From Eledone cirrhosa (taxonomy: Eukaryota), in the NCBI GenBank assembly GCA_964016885.1, contig OZ024740.1, positions 401,016,001 to 401,080,000 of the forward strand: 64,000 nt of DNA, given 5' to 3'. Under the pieces are notes generated by a model. It was not told the DNA's origin. It was given only the letters and a program-made list of their open reading frames with translations, and ran no database searches. A program made the translations under genes and the position numbers. Below, one piece after another: positions 30,807-45,839 of this stretch; position 1 is the stretch's first letter; each line of letters begins with the position of its first letter.

Positions 30807-32263
30807 CAATACAGATTAGTTTTATAAATGAATATTGACATACCCTGAAAAAAGACAACCTTAACGGTTGGAGCTTCCTGGATAGTGGAGATATTACATT
30901 TATTGAGGGTGATAGAAAGTTATGATTGAGTATGCAAATGAGTGTCCGAAATATATTTTTTAATATATAAAATGTAATATACAACTTATCTCTTTTACAT
31001 AATGTCTTCTATATCCATATATGATTCATATAACTTATTTTCTATTATCTCTACTTCACATATATATTATTACACCTATCTATAGATCATTAAATTCCTT
31101 TATATGACTGCTTGAAACTCCTTTAAGGAAAATCTTTTTCTTGAAAAACTTACTGAAGGGTTTCAGAAAATCTTTTAAAAGTTTCTTTGAAGGATATAGA
31201 AAAACTATATTTTTATATTTTTTAATATTTTTATATTCTTATATTTTCAAAGTTTTTAATATATATATCCAAATGTTTATATATATGTGAAAAACATCTG
31301 GGTTTTTTTGTCTATGTGTAGAGTAACCTATGGTTTATGCTTTAAATATATTCTTATGAAAATGTTTATGCTTTATGCTTTAAATATATACTTATGAAAA
31401 TTTTTTTTAATGTTATAACTTTATAGCAAGTAAAGTTATGACTTCGTATAACATAACATAGGTTTCACGTTCTAATTACATTCTTAAGATAGAAAATTTA
31501 ACTTCTTAACTTTATAGCATTTAATCCTTAGAGTTATCTGAGTTATTAATAAATCACTTATAACTTCCTTTACGCTCCTTTACTGGTTTTATAATACAAC
31601 TAAGTGGTTATTCTTTTGTAAACTCTCGAAAATTTTTCATAAATTTAGAATTATTTGGATATTTTAAATTTTGACTTACAACTTTTAATAAAATAAACTA
31701 TAATATATAATATATATTTCTTAATAACTTATAATCCTTAACATACACATTTAAACTAATTATTAAATTATTAATTAAATCTTTAATCAACATTTTTTCA
31801 ACCTATCATTATAAATATTATAATCAAAACATAACGAATCCTGCATTATAAATATTATTCCTCCACGCTATCCTCATTTCTTCATCTATTATTTCCTCTC
31901 ACGTAAATATACTTACGCTGTATTTGTCCTTCATAACTAATATTTTCTCCCACTTAAAAATATAATCACGCTCTCCTCTCTTCACACTATTTTCACTGTC
32001 AAAAATATATATAATCATTCCTTCTTTTTCTCTTTCTTTCTTTTTTTCTCTCTCCCTCACAATATCACCTTCTTCCAACAGTTTAATTTAAATAAACCGT
32101 TATCTTTTCAACCTTTCGGACAATCATACTTGCATACTCAATCATTACTTTCTATCATCCTCAATAAATGCAATATCTCCACTATCCACGAAGCTCCAAC
32201 CGTTAAGGTTGTCTTCTTTTTTCAGGGTATATCAATATTTATGTATAAAACTAATCTGTATTG

Positions 32264-32329
32264 TATTTTATCTGATGAAAGCGCACCATAATTTGCCTTG
32301 GTGGCCCTTGAAATATGTATAATAAAATA
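32264..32329 (+). ncRNA. Canonical type I hammerhead (family H inverted pLTR)
   Basis: tattttat-CTGATGA-aagcgcacca..tggtggccctt-GAAA-tatgta-TA-ataaaata; 8-bp stem I. Confidence 0.85.
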
Positions 32330-32371
32330 AGTATGGTTTTATAAATATAGTTTCCATTTGTTGATATATTG

Positions 32372-32411
<40 letters not shown>

Positions 32412-32682
32412 TGTGTGTGTTTGTGTGTGAGTATGTATGGATAAACATACGTAGACAGACACATGGATAGTATCGAACAACTGCAGGAATGTGATGAAAA
32501 CAAAGATTTCAGAAATTGTATTGAATATACTGTAAATCGGATTCAAGAAATGTTTTATTATATTTATTCATTGACTTATCTATTGTTGTTTTTACTGTTG
32601 TTGTTGCTGTTGTTGTTGCTGCTGCTGCTGTTGTTGTTGTTGTTGTTGTCGTCGTCGTCGTTGTTGTTGTTGTTGTTGCTCT

Positions 32683-34635
32683 TTTTCTTCTTCTTCTTCT
32701 TCTTCTTCTTTTTCTTCTTCTTCTTCTTCTTCTTCTTCTTCTTCTTCTTCTTCTTCTTCTTCTCCCACTCACTCCAGTGGGCCTTGTTAGAAGCAACCAT
32801 CTCAAATTGATCCGACTGGATCCCCAAGCGAGACCAGCCAAGGTCATGGATGTTATCCAATCCCCTTGCTCGGGGTCTACCACTCGGTCTCCTGCTGTTT
32901 GGTTTTGCTCGTAAAATCTCTCCAACCAATCGTTCCTGAGACATTCTAAGCACATTCCCCTAGTATCAGAGCTGTGGTCTCTCAATTCGGAGAAGTAGCG
33001 GCTCTATCTGGAGTGACATAATGATCTCCGAGCAACGCACCCTATCGAGTAACGTTACACCAAAGACCCTTCGGAGGAAACCCATTTCAGCCACTTGTAT
33101 TCGCGATTGTATTCCTTCGGTTATTATCCAAGATTCATGACCATATTCATGACAAAGGTTGTCACAAATACCGAATTGAAGATAGCGCGTTTTGCTTTTA
33201 CGCCTCCTCCCTTCTTCTGATTGCCGAATGCTAAAGTTGACGCATTACAGCACCAGTTCCTGCAATCCTTGAACATAATTCAGCCTCCTGCCTTCCATCA
33301 CCTGTGATACTTGCACTTTTCTACCTGATTTAATGGAACTCCATTCGCATGTAGAGTGCATTGCGCAGGCTTCCTTGAGAAGACGGGTACTTCAGTTTTC
33401 GCAGTCCTGATTTTCTTTCCATGTAATCTACAAATTCCAACCCGACTGCGCATATCAATCATGTTCATGTAAATAAACAGGGGAGGTCACAGTACACACT
33501 ATTAGTGGACTTCGACTCCCACATTGAATGGTTTAGATTTAGCAGCATTGCTGCTTCCGTCGCAAAAACCGCACTGTTTATCAGCTAGCTTATCGCTTCC
33601 GATTTCCATTGCTTAAATATCTTCCAGATATCCAGGTTACCCGGCACATACGTGTCAGCCAGATAAAATCTTATCTATTTAAGGCTTTTAACGTCTCGGT
33701 CATCTTCCCCGGTGGCCTTGTCAAATTTCAGCTCTTTAACTGCTCTTGTGACCTCAGCCTTTGAGATATTAGACACCGCTCCCAGATGCACTTCGTGTAC
33801 ATCAGATGATGCTGTTGTGATTGGGCTTAGGAGATCAGCAAAGTATTCTCTTCACTCCACGTATTTGAAGAGAGAACCCCAGGCGCGTTCTTGATAGCTA
33901 GTGTGGAGGAGGGCTTCTACATATAAAATCGATGGATGGTCTGCCAAAACACTTCATTTGCAAATCTGAAGTCGAATTCCAGCTTAACCCCAAATTCCTC
34001 CGATGTCTGAAACTTTGGACGCCTTTACTGTCTCTGCTGCGATTTTTCTTGTTTGCCTCTACCCCAAGTGCAAGAAGGAGGACTTATTTCCGAGCCAAGC
34101 TTTGTAGACCTCCTTCTTTTCACAGATGGCGACTTTGATCTCTTGAATTAACCAAGGGTCCTCCTGCCCTCCGGCGTCACACCAAGTCTCTTACACCCAC
34201 AGCATTAAACAGCTGAAGCAGAAACTTCTGAGTTGAACAATCTCCCCGCTGTCTCAACGCTCTCACTTTGATCAAAGAGTTCTCTGAATTTGAATGCAAT
34301 TGTATATGCATACCTCGTCCTGACATCCTTAGCAACAAATGCTTCCCACTTTATTCTGTAGGTCACCCTGGACTTGTCAGTTTTGTGGGCTTCTTTGGCT
34401 TTAGGTTGTCTCAAGTTGCAGCTAATTAGATGGTGATAATTGACAGCTCAACCACTTTCTTAACACAAACACCCATTAAGGTATTGAAGAGATCAGAGAA
34501 TAACATCAATTATTGAGCTCTGTTCCTGATTCACTTATACCATGTATATTTATGGATGTTTCTGTCCTGGAAGAAGGTGTTAATAATAGAGAGTCCATTG
34601 CTCTAACAGAAGTCTAATAAGGACTCTCCATTCAT
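32683..34635 (-). mobile_element. Decayed RTE-clade LINE (second family) with (GAA)n 3' tail
   Basis: Fragments RRPSGRPRARGLDNIHDLGWSRLG, AEMGFLRRV and endonuclease remnants; (TTC)n at 32683-32762 abuts the 3' end. Confidence 0.75.
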
Positions 34636-34656
34636 TTATTGTTATTATTATGATTA

Positions 34657-37500
34657 ACAGAGTGGTGGATTAGCAGTATCGGTAGAGCGTCAGACATCAT
34701 GCTTTGCAGTAGAGAGTTATGGACCTATACGATCTCAGTTCAAATTTTGCCTAGGTAAGATTTGCCTTTCATTGTTACAGGGTCGGTAAAATAAAGCCCC
34801 AGTAATGCACTGGAGTCGATTTAATCGACTTTCTCCTCTCCCCAAATTGTTGGCCTTCTGCCTAAAGTAGAAACAATTATAATTAATGAAAATAATAATT
34901 GTTTCTACTTTTGGCACAAGGCCAGCAATTATCCCAGTGTATTACTGGTACTTTATTTTATCGACCCCCGGCAAAGTTAACCTCGGCGGGATTTGAATTT
35001 AGAATGCCAAGGGCCGTAACTCTATTCGTCAAAGCATGGCTTCCGGCCCTCTACCAATACTGCCAATCCACAATGAAACTAATACTGTTTTGTTGTTGGT
35101 ATTTGTGTTATCTTGATGTTGCTGTTGTTACTTTTGTTATTGTTAATAATGTAAATTAGTCTGCTTTTAAAGCAAACAATTGTCTATATGATAAGAGATC
35201 TATAGATTTTCGCCCCGAAGCTTATTTAATAACAAATTATTTAATATATAAAATATTGGCCAATACGTTTAGGAAAAAAATGATCGCCGTAGAAAATATT
35301 AAAAACAAAATTGAATGGAAGGAACGTTAACGAAAACATTTTATTAATAGCTTTTCCTTGTTAAATTGAACATTTCGAATTAAAGCGTAAAGATAATATG
35401 CCAAACATTTGACATATACCAAAACAAGCTTCAGATTTTCACTAATATCTATATTTTTCCTGATGAATTAAGTGGAAACGTTATTTTACTATTATGCCGT
35501 TTCTCTCCAGCATATCCACCAAATTTGAAGCATATTTTGTTATTACTACATGCATTGGGGGCTGTCGATTAGCAGAATCATTAGAGCGTCGATCAAAATG
35601 CAGCGTCTTACAAGTTCCTGCTCTTTACGTATTCAGTTCAAATATCATCGAGGTCGAAATTGTTATTCATTATTTCTGGGTCGACAGGCGGTGGATTGGC
35701 AGTATCGGTAGAGGGTCGGACGCCATGCTTTCCAGCATAGTTACGTCCCTTTACGATCTGAGTTCAAATCCCGCCGAGGTTGACTTTGCCTTTCATCCTT
35801 ACGGGGTCGATAAAATAAAGTACCAGTAATGCACTGGGTAATTGCTGGCCTTGTGCCTAAAGTAGAAACAATTATTTCTGGGTCGACAGCATGCCGTAGC
35901 AGTAAAGTACTAAGATCGATCTAAGCCACTTTCTGCCCCAACACAATTACTAACCTTGTGTCTAAATTTAAAATTATTAAATGTTAGAAAGAATTATTAG
36001 TACACTTATTCGAAGGCGGTGGGGTGTCAAAATCGTTAGAGCATCGGAAGAAATGCCTTGCAATATTTGTTATGGTTCTTGAAGTGTTGATTTCAAATCT
36101 TACCACGGGGATCTGTGCATTTCATTCATCCGTGATCGATGAAATAATATATTTATTCAGTTCTGGAGTTAATTTAATCGACTTTCTACTTCCCCATATA
36201 ATTGTTAGCCTAATGCTTAAATTAGAATGCTATTATTTCTACATATTTATATATAGGGTGGTGGATTGGCAGTATCGGTAGAGGGTCGGACGCCATCCTT
36301 TGCAGCATAGATTTACGGCCCTTTAGGATCTGAGTTCAAATCTCGACGAGGTTACCTTTGCCTTTCGTCCTTACGGGTTCGATAAAATAAAGTACCAATC
36401 ACATACTGGGGTTGATTTAATCGACTCTCTCCTCCCCCAAAATTGCTGACCTTGTGCCTATATGAGAAACCATTATTTCTTCATATTTACATAAATATTG
36501 TTTCCATGCACTGCATATCTTTGCATTGGGATTTGTGCCAATACATCGGCGTCATTTGCTGATATTGATAGTATAAAATATTTCTGTTCACATACATATA
36601 TACAGTGGACGTTCACTATATGCGATGTTTTTAATAGTGCAATTTTGAATATATGTGGCCATAGAATATATTTCTAAAAATGGGAAAGAATATAAAGGCC
36701 TTAGCGTCCTGTTCCAATTCAGTTAGCATCACCAAACGTAAAGGAGAAAGTACTACCCACATCATTCTTTTCTTGTATTTTCTAATCTTCCGGAAGTATA
36801 ATGGTATGTTTCCTTAATTACATCGGTTTGTTTTTATTTATTTTATGAAATACAACACAGACGATCTCTATTCTAAATGTTCTCACAGTTTTTCTTTGTT
36901 TTTTTGTGGGGTTTCATATTGTTTTTATCAAATCTTCTCCATTTTGGTTTTAAAGAATGACGTTAAATGTAGGTTAATTCTCATAAACTATTCAATTAAT
37001 GGTAACTATTGTATTTTCTAAACTTATATTTTCTTAAACGCCAACTTAATGTGACTGTTTATTTAAATGGTTTCTCAATTGAATATTCTGTATTCTATCT
37101 GGTTCTAGTAATTGCAGAAGTGTTTGAGAGTCAGAAGAGACCTGCAGATGTTGTTCTAAAGTCAAATCACGTCAATGTCAATTTGGGGTCGATAAAATAC
37201 TATTCAAGTAACCTAGTTGATTTGATCAACTTTGCTCTGTCTCGACAATTCTTGGCTTTGTGCTTAAATTAGAAACCAATATTTTCTCCCTTGTTTCAAA
37301 ATACTTATATTCATTTCGGCGACTTATTCTAATACTAATGTCAAACTGAAAAGGCCATAAGTGTTAGATATATGGATTACCATTTTCAAATCCCGCCGAG
37401 ATGAACTTTGCCTTTCATCCTTAAGGGGTCGATAAAATAAAGTACCAGTAATGCACTGGAATTATTGCTGGCATTGTGCCAAATGTAGAAACAATTATTT
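34657..37500. mobile_element. Cluster of about 8 SINE family 1 copies of different ages
   Basis: Copies near 34657-34885(+), 34895-35072(-), 35555-35682, 35686-35878(+), 36013-36230, 36256-36478(+), 37110-37285, 37385-37500(+). Confidence 0.8.
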
Positions 37501-37936
37501 GTATATAGCAAATGAAATAATGGAAAAGATCTATTTGTTGTTATTGTTGTATTGCCCCAAGTAAGGTTAGTGATGTTTCATCACAGGATTCGCTAACACA
37601 TATACTTATTGTTTATACTCCCTCATGGGGTTTCCGGTGACTCAAACCACCACTTGTTTAGTGGCTACCCAGCAGCGTAAAATGTGCAGTCAGATGTAGT
37701 ATGGTGCTGGGAATATCACCTAAACTTATTTTCATACTTCTAGTTGGAGAAAAACATGAACGAGAATTGTAACTAACACCAATATTCTTGTATCACCATA
37801 TGAACTGCTCAATCTATTTATTTTGTGAAGGATTTCAACTGGCACCACGTGGTCAATTGTACCATTGTCGTAATTATTGCTGTCGCTGTTAACATTCTTC
37901 CTGCTGGCCTAGACTTTATATATATATATATATCTG

Positions 37937-37986
<50 letters not shown>

Positions 37987-38061
37987 ATATATATATATAT
38001 ATACTATATATATATATATATATATACATATATACATATATATATGTATGTATATATATAA

Positions 38062-38092
<31 letters not shown>

Positions 38093-38484
38093 TTATATAC
38101 ATATGTATATGTGTGTATATATTTTTTCACACAAACACACACTTATATACCTGTGTGAGAGCACACACATACGTACGTGACAGTGCTCGTGTGTACGTGT
38201 GTATGTATAAGTATATATATATATACATCATTTCACTGCTCACCTCTCCTGGTCACATCATACGCTTTCTTCTTCAACTCTATTCGCTCTGTCATATATT
38301 CTTTCACTCTCATGTTGTTTTTTCTGAGTCTAACTCTGATAGGACAAAGGCATTTCTTTTATTTTTCTATTTCATATACGCATGAACTTAATAACACTTC
38401 TTGTAACGTTTCCCCGTGTTGATTTTCACTGCTTTCATTGTTGACGTTGCACTTTCTCCCTCTTTCTCTCTCCCATTATCCCAC

Positions 38485-38614
<130 letters not shown>

Positions 38615-39899
38615 TATATATGCATGCATTCATATTCACACATACATCATTATAGGAACGTTGCCATATTAATAGTAATATGAGAGTTAAAAAATATCTT
38701 TATCAATGTCTATATCATCATCATCTGCTTCTTAATTTTTGCCCTCCTATTTGTTGTTTCAACTTCATTGGTGGAGTTGTGTAATACAGTAGTGTGCCAG
38801 ACTAACCTCTTGTAGTATTTTGTCACGTAGCTTTCCACGTATTTCACATGCTGCTAGTGTTAACTTTGTTTTAAAACTCTTACTTTACTATGTTGTCGTT
38901 GCTTAACCCCATGCGAACATTGTTAGCGTAGACATATCATCAAAAGATTTTGATTGTGGCTATGTAGTATTTTATTTTCAGACACTGTTGTTCTGGGACC
39001 AAATTATCCAATAAGACCTTTTCTGTGTAAGTTGCGTATATGTGACTTGAGTGAGATTGGGCTCATACCGGGTCGGGTATCCCCGTAGAGAAATTCGGGG
39101 TTCAGAAATTAGCTATTAGAAAAGTATTGGGATGCATTCTTAGAATAGTATGCGTTTACACCCCACACCAAATTTCTAAACTCTTGTTTAAGTTAGAAAT
39201 CATGGAGAGTGTAGGTTCGGGATAAAGTCTTGATGCAGAACGTTATCATCATCTAGTTTTGTTCGATATCGATGGAGAACATTAAAATCGTTCACCATGC
39301 ACTCTGATTTCTTAAATATTATTGAGAATTAAAAGTAGATGGTTGCCAGTCGTATAGAAGACGTGAAGAACAAATGTATTGCTGTTCTATTGTCTATCTC
39401 TTAAGCGAGATGCAGTCCAGCATCTAGCTTAGAACAATGTAGGTCTTATGACATCGGCAGTCTTGTTAGGGGCTCACCTCTATTACACAAACAACGCAGT
39501 TGGTGTGGCCTCACACATTCACCACAATGACTTTCTCCCATTTTTGTAACGTTTTCTTTTGGAAAATTTGTATTTCTCTGACTAAACTAACCAACGTGTT
39601 GATAATTTTCCTCTTACCTTTGGTCCCTAAAGTTCTAAAGCTACATCTACCTTGTTGCATCACACGCCAATTTGTAACAAAAAGGTTATGAGGAAAGACG
39701 AAAACAAAAGGGCATTATATATACTTTCCAGCCTTTAACTCTGCTCAAAAAAAGTATTTGAGATTTTGGCATCGTTATTAGTAAAGAGGTTGACTCTTGT
39801 CGTCAAGTGTCTGCAATCCCGATACACAACATGCAGCTCATGTGATACATCATAGAGTGTTTAGGGAATCAACCTAGCTCCGGTGGGCCTCTGCTTAAG

Positions 39900-40790
39900 G
39901 TGGATAAATCGAAAACTTTTGATAGTTAAGATTATTGATACCTGGAAGCTCTCCTCAAGGCAGTCAGCTTCGGACCCGTCTTCAGAGGCTGGATAGCAGC
40001 AATGTACAGCGGCATCTGCTCGGTGGTGAAAGTAAATGGCAACCTATCGGAACCATTCCAGAACTTGTGCTTGGTCCGTCACTGATGTCCCCTCTTTACT
40101 CCTCTGTATGTATTGGCTCACAAGCCTCTATTGCGGAAGCTGGAGCTGTTGTCGGGCATCCTGCTCGAACTGGGAGGTGGAAGGGCTGCGTTGGAATATG
40201 TGGACGACGTCACCGTGATGGGTTCGATCACCTTGTAAATCCTGATGGTTGGCAATTATTTAGAGGAATATGAAATGCTGACGGGTACAAAATTCAACCC
40301 GGATATATCACTGGGCTTACAGCTCGGCACCTGGAGAGGCAAATTCATACCGTTCAGGAGCGTTGTCTGAATCTGGACGGATGGACCGTTCAAATTTCCC
40401 GGGGTCTGGTTCGGTACGGACTTCTAGGCTACGGATAGGAACTGGAACGAGGTGTGGATCAGTGTCGTCACTCTTACTGAGAAATGGAACGAAAGGAAGC
40501 TATCCCTAAAAAGGTCGGGTGGAAGGGGAAAACGTGTCATTTACCACCACTAGATCGTTTTGCCTTGCTCCTGACCTCGCCTTACTAGATTGGAGCACTT
40601 GCTCTTTCACTTCTTGTGAGGTTTCAGCGATGAGGCTTTCGATCTGCTATCAACAATCTTTACGTGGAGAGCCGGGCATATCGTGAATGGGCCTGCTCTG
40701 AACATGCGACTGCTTAGAGAGGAGATGGTCATCCTCTCGCGGTGCTCTTGGGAATTAAAATGGTTTAGGATCTATGGATTACGCCTCTCT
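39900..40790 (+). mobile_element. Decayed L1/Tx1-like RT remnant
   Basis: GC-richer segment with remnants of the CPLSPLLY motif, YVDDVT and downstream K..G.WFG / L...GR motifs across frameshifts. Confidence 0.55.
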
Positions 40791-41174
40791 GTTGGGGAAC
40801 TTTAGTGTTATTTAATTATTGTAGCCTGTTATATTTTTGCACATGTTTCATGTGAATGCCTGTTGTCCTTCTTGTTTGTATTGCCCTCTATTTTTGTTGC
40901 TCTAGTGGCTAATTAAAACATAATAATTGTTATTTCGGTGAATAAAAGTAAACGCATATATATAAAAAGTTAAACCATATGCATTAAAGAGGTACAATCC
41001 CATATTCTCTAGATTAACACCCGTTGAATCGATATCTCATTTTATCCTTACGAATTGGATCAATTAAGTCACGCGCCGAATTTGGTTTAATCGTCTTTTA
41101 GTTGGCGTAACATGTGTGGTCTTACAATACCAGGAGTTATAAATAACGTGTTAAGTCTTACTTATATTACTAAC

Positions 41175-41201
41175 AGTAGTAGTAGTAGTAGTAGTAGTAG
41201 C

Positions 41202-41269
<68 letters not shown>

Positions 41270-41270
41270 C

Positions 41271-41347
<77 letters not shown>

Positions 41348-41369
41348 AAGTAGTAGTGGCAGCAACATC

Positions 41370-41443
<74 letters not shown>

Positions 41444-41530
41444 TAGTAATAATGGCAGCAGCAGAAGTCGTAGTACTAGTAGTAGAGTAGTAGTGGTAGT
41501 AATAATAGTATTGGTAGTAGTAGTAGTAGT
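41175..41530. repeat. (AGT)n/(AGC)n microsatellite
   Basis: Direct reading. Confidence 0.95.
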
Positions 41531-42868
41531 ATTCGTAGAAATAGAGAGTTAACTACTGTTGATGTTATCATCCAATTTTATCGCTAACGTTCTTTTTCTT
41601 AAAGTCTCTTTGTATATACGCAAAGCGTAACATTTATACATACATACATACATACATAGATACATACATACATACATACGTACATACATGCATATATTCT
41701 TACATACATACATACATATATTCTTACAAACATACATATATTCTTACATACATACATACATACATATATATTCATACATATATACATACATATATTGTTA
41801 CATACATACATACATACATATATTCTTACATACATACATATATATTCATACATATGTACATACATACATATATTGTTACATACATACATATATTCATACA
41901 TACATACATACACACACATACATACATGCACATACATACACACATACATGCTCAACATTCGTATCTATGTATACATATTACACATATATTTATATGTTCA
42001 TATAAACACACATCAGTAGAATGTAATTATCTGAAAAGAATCGTTTCGCAGTAATTGACACTAGTGTTTCTATTGGTGTTTTCTTGTATATTCTTTCTCT
42101 TATTTTGTTGTTCCCATTGTTGATATTTTTGTTGTTGTTGTTGTTATTGTTGTTGTTGTTGTTGTTGTTGTTGTTATTGTTCGTTTATTTCTTTTGGCCG
42201 TTTCTGGGAATGTTGCACATGTTATTATATGTATCGTTTACCCATGAAAGTACCCGGATTGATTGATCTTCATTTGAGAACCGCTGTCTATGGATGGGAA
42301 ATGGTATTGATATCATCGTTATTGAGAATATATCCCATGAGGAGATAAGAAAACGATTGTGATAGAGAAGTCATGAAAACAAACAAGAGAGCGAGAGAGC
42401 GGTGGGGGTGTTTGATAGACCAAGAGAAGGAGAATGAAAGTGAAAGAGAAAGATTGAGAGAGAGAAGTGTAAGTGAGAAGAATTTTAATATTCCATGAGT
42501 GTGGGGAAAGGGGAAACAATTTTTTTTCTTTACGTCAAGATACACTGTTGAGTAAAACTACATGGTTAAACTATTAAACTGCCTTGTATGACTTTTTTTC
42601 ATAGCTTATGTTCCCTATAATCGTATTTTCCTTCAACTATTTCCTAAGCCACGGTGGCGCCAGGTTTGGCTTTGTTTGGCTTTGTTTTGCCTGTTTTTTT
42701 TTCTTTTCTTTTCTGTTTTTCTTTTGTGTTGATTAAATACTTATATAGTCGTGACAAGTTTCGAACTGGGAACACTAGACCGCAAAATAGTTAATAAACC
42801 AGGCTGACTTTCACTAGATTGCTGCTTGCACGAACACGCACATACAGTCATGCACACACACTCATTCA

Positions 42869-42921
<53 letters not shown>

Positions 42922-44519
42922 GAATGTATACACACATATACGCACACACATGTATATATATATTTATATATGTATGAGTGCGTGCGTGCGTGTGTTTGTG
43001 TGTGTTTGTGCGCGCGTGTGTGTGTGTGTGTTTCTATGTGAACAATGCGAACATTATAAATTAGGATGTAAAAATCGATTAATCCTGTTTGATATATATT
43101 CCAAATAGAGCTACACATAGAAATCCGTGTTATCTTTGTCATCGCCACCCAGTATCTTTTTAAATTGATGTACTTGTATTGTATCTTAAACGCCTCACAG
43201 AGAAACGTTTTCCTTGCGGTCGCTTAGTTTACCATTTTTGACAATTTCTTAATTTGCATGAGAAGTCATTTGGATATTGTGATTCATTTTTTATAACTAG
43301 TTCGTAATAAAATATACCTAGTGATATATATGAGTAGTACAGTGGCATCAAACAAGGTATTTTGAAGCCGAAATCATGAGTGTGGCTGTACTTTCAAGGA
43401 CAATCTCTTGAAGACGTGTTTGAACTGTTTATAATGTCTTGCACAAGAAGTACTCTGTTCCTAATACTATTTCTTTGCGTAACGTGTATTGTTGTGAACG
43501 TTACTGGGGCTTTTATATTTTATATTATATTTTATATTTTATATTATATAGATTTTATTATAACCATAGTTTTGATTGTTATTTTCACTGCTTTACTTCC
43601 ATATGCCGCATCTGATTTATTTCAGTAGGAGGGGAAATTTTGTAGTTTGTAAGAACCTAGAAGAAATTGGCAGCAGATACAGATTAGAAAATATCCTATG
43701 TTTTAGGGGTTAGTAACATATACGAAGGTGAAAAATTTCTTGTATATTGAATATTAATATGGAAGAGACTAATGAGAGAAACTAGTGTCTATTTCTGTCT
43801 GATGAGCCATTACCATAGAAAATAATATAATAGATATTTATTATTACTTTTCAATGAATATTAAATTTCATAATAATTTGAGAATTTTTCAGGTGCATAG
43901 AGGTCGAGAAAAGGATACACTCCAATTACATCCATCCGCAGACTGCTCACTGTAACACGATTCTTAACATCAGCGTAAAATAGTCAAATTGAACCAATAT
44001 ATTATAATAAACAAAACACTCTCCATGATATATTAAGTGATCACGACTTCCCTCGTGAAACCACTTGAAAGCTATTAGTGTTATGATGATATAGATACAC
44101 ACACACACACACACACATACACACACACACATACATATACATATATATAAGAGAAGAGCACACACGGGGGACATTCCCATCAGTAGTTGTCCGTGATCTC
44201 CAGCAGACAAATGATGATGGGAATGTCCTCCGTTTGTGCTTTCCTCTTATTTCTAAATATACATTATCAAGTATTCCCTGTTTCTTCAAGAATCTTTATG
44301 ATATATATATTCAATGAAAAATGAAAACATGACTTCAAATATTCTTTTAACGTTGCAAATTCACGCTACGTATTTCCATCGCTGACAAGCTCACGCCAGC
44401 AGGACATGACGCAAGACATTTGATGACAACTTTACAAAATATTAATTAATCAGTTACGAGATAAAGGCAAAACGTAAACAATGATGTGATAGTCCATCGG
44501 TCAGTGCGACATCAGTGAC

Positions 44520-44680
44520 AGATTGCCCCTTGTGGGTTCGTAAGCGTGACCAGGGGATATTCTTCACAGTGACGCTTCCGACCTGTCGTAAAGCCATTCA
44601 GAATCACCTGTTTGATGTTCCAGGAATCGAACCCTCAACTTAACGAACGTGAGTCACCGTCTCAACTACTAGGACATGTA
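44520..44680 (-). mobile_element. Degenerate tRNA-derived SINE head
   Basis: Minus-strand B-box GGGTTCGATTCCT near 44620-44636. Confidence 0.4.
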
Positions 44681-45839
44681 CCTTCACGGAACAAACGAAA
44701 CGAAAGACATTGGACACTAAGCAGACAGACAATGCAATATTTCAGCTGCTTGTTGAGTGTGTTTCCTTGTGAATTCGAACTTAATGACAGTATTACTCAT
44801 CTCACCATGTCAATAACTACTGCAGTCGAAGAGCTAAACACAGAGATCGCATAGCAACAATAGTTGGAGGAGGAGGGTGGTAATGGAATAGTATGATGAG
44901 AAGGTAGGGGAGAGGGAGAAAAGTACTAGAACGAGAGATAGTGTGGGAGATTTTACAGCTATGTCTAGCACATCAAGCAACCACATAGATGCTACTTACT
45001 TGTTACGATAGAATATAATAATGTCTTTTCTGTTGATTCAGCTAATTATTATGAGGTACTAATCAACTCAAACAGATAAAGTATTAGGGAAGTATTAACG
45101 ATGCACTAATTATTTCGAACTCTATACATCTTGTGCTTAAATGAGAAATCGATTCTTGCATATGCTTCATTATGGCTATGAGTTAACTAATGCACATCAC
45201 GTTGCTACAATATCGTATAACAAAAAAATCTTACCGTCCTCTTTAAGGCGGAACAAATGAGAAGCAGTCAATTACACGATGTTTCTTAGTCCTACCCAAA
45301 CCCAGAAGTCGTCTGGTGGAATACCTTCCCATTCCAGTAAAACTGTCAGTCCAGCTGAGTATTAAATTATCACAAAATATAGTCAGTCCAAACGGGGTCG
45401 GCATCTAAGAATCTTTAATTTCATTAATACATTTGACGCTTATTTAATACTAGGGACCTGAAATATGTCGTAATATTATCTGTCCATTATCCATCTGAAG
45501 AAACGGATTAAGCTTGGCTTTAATGCCATTAATCTCTATAGTGTTCAGACATGACGGTTTCCTGTATAAAGTATGAGATTGTCGATTGGTTGGCTATAAG
45601 TTTATATCTCGTTACAGGTGCTTCAACATTTCACTCTACGATTATTTGAAGAAAGGGATTAAGCACTGTAGATTTGAATGTTATGACACTGGAATATAAA
45701 ATAATGGATTAGACATAGGATTGCGTTCCACAATACCTGCTGTGGAAGGCTCTGCGAGAGTATGGGATCAATAGTTAGCTTATTGTAGCCCGGATGTTTT
45801 TATACGAATGCCCCTGTATTTGTGTTTGAATAAATGGTG

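Noticed and set aside
35455-35490. CTGATGA-attaagtg-GAAA-cgTT minimal hammerhead-like string
   Set aside because: No stem I complementarity and no repeat context
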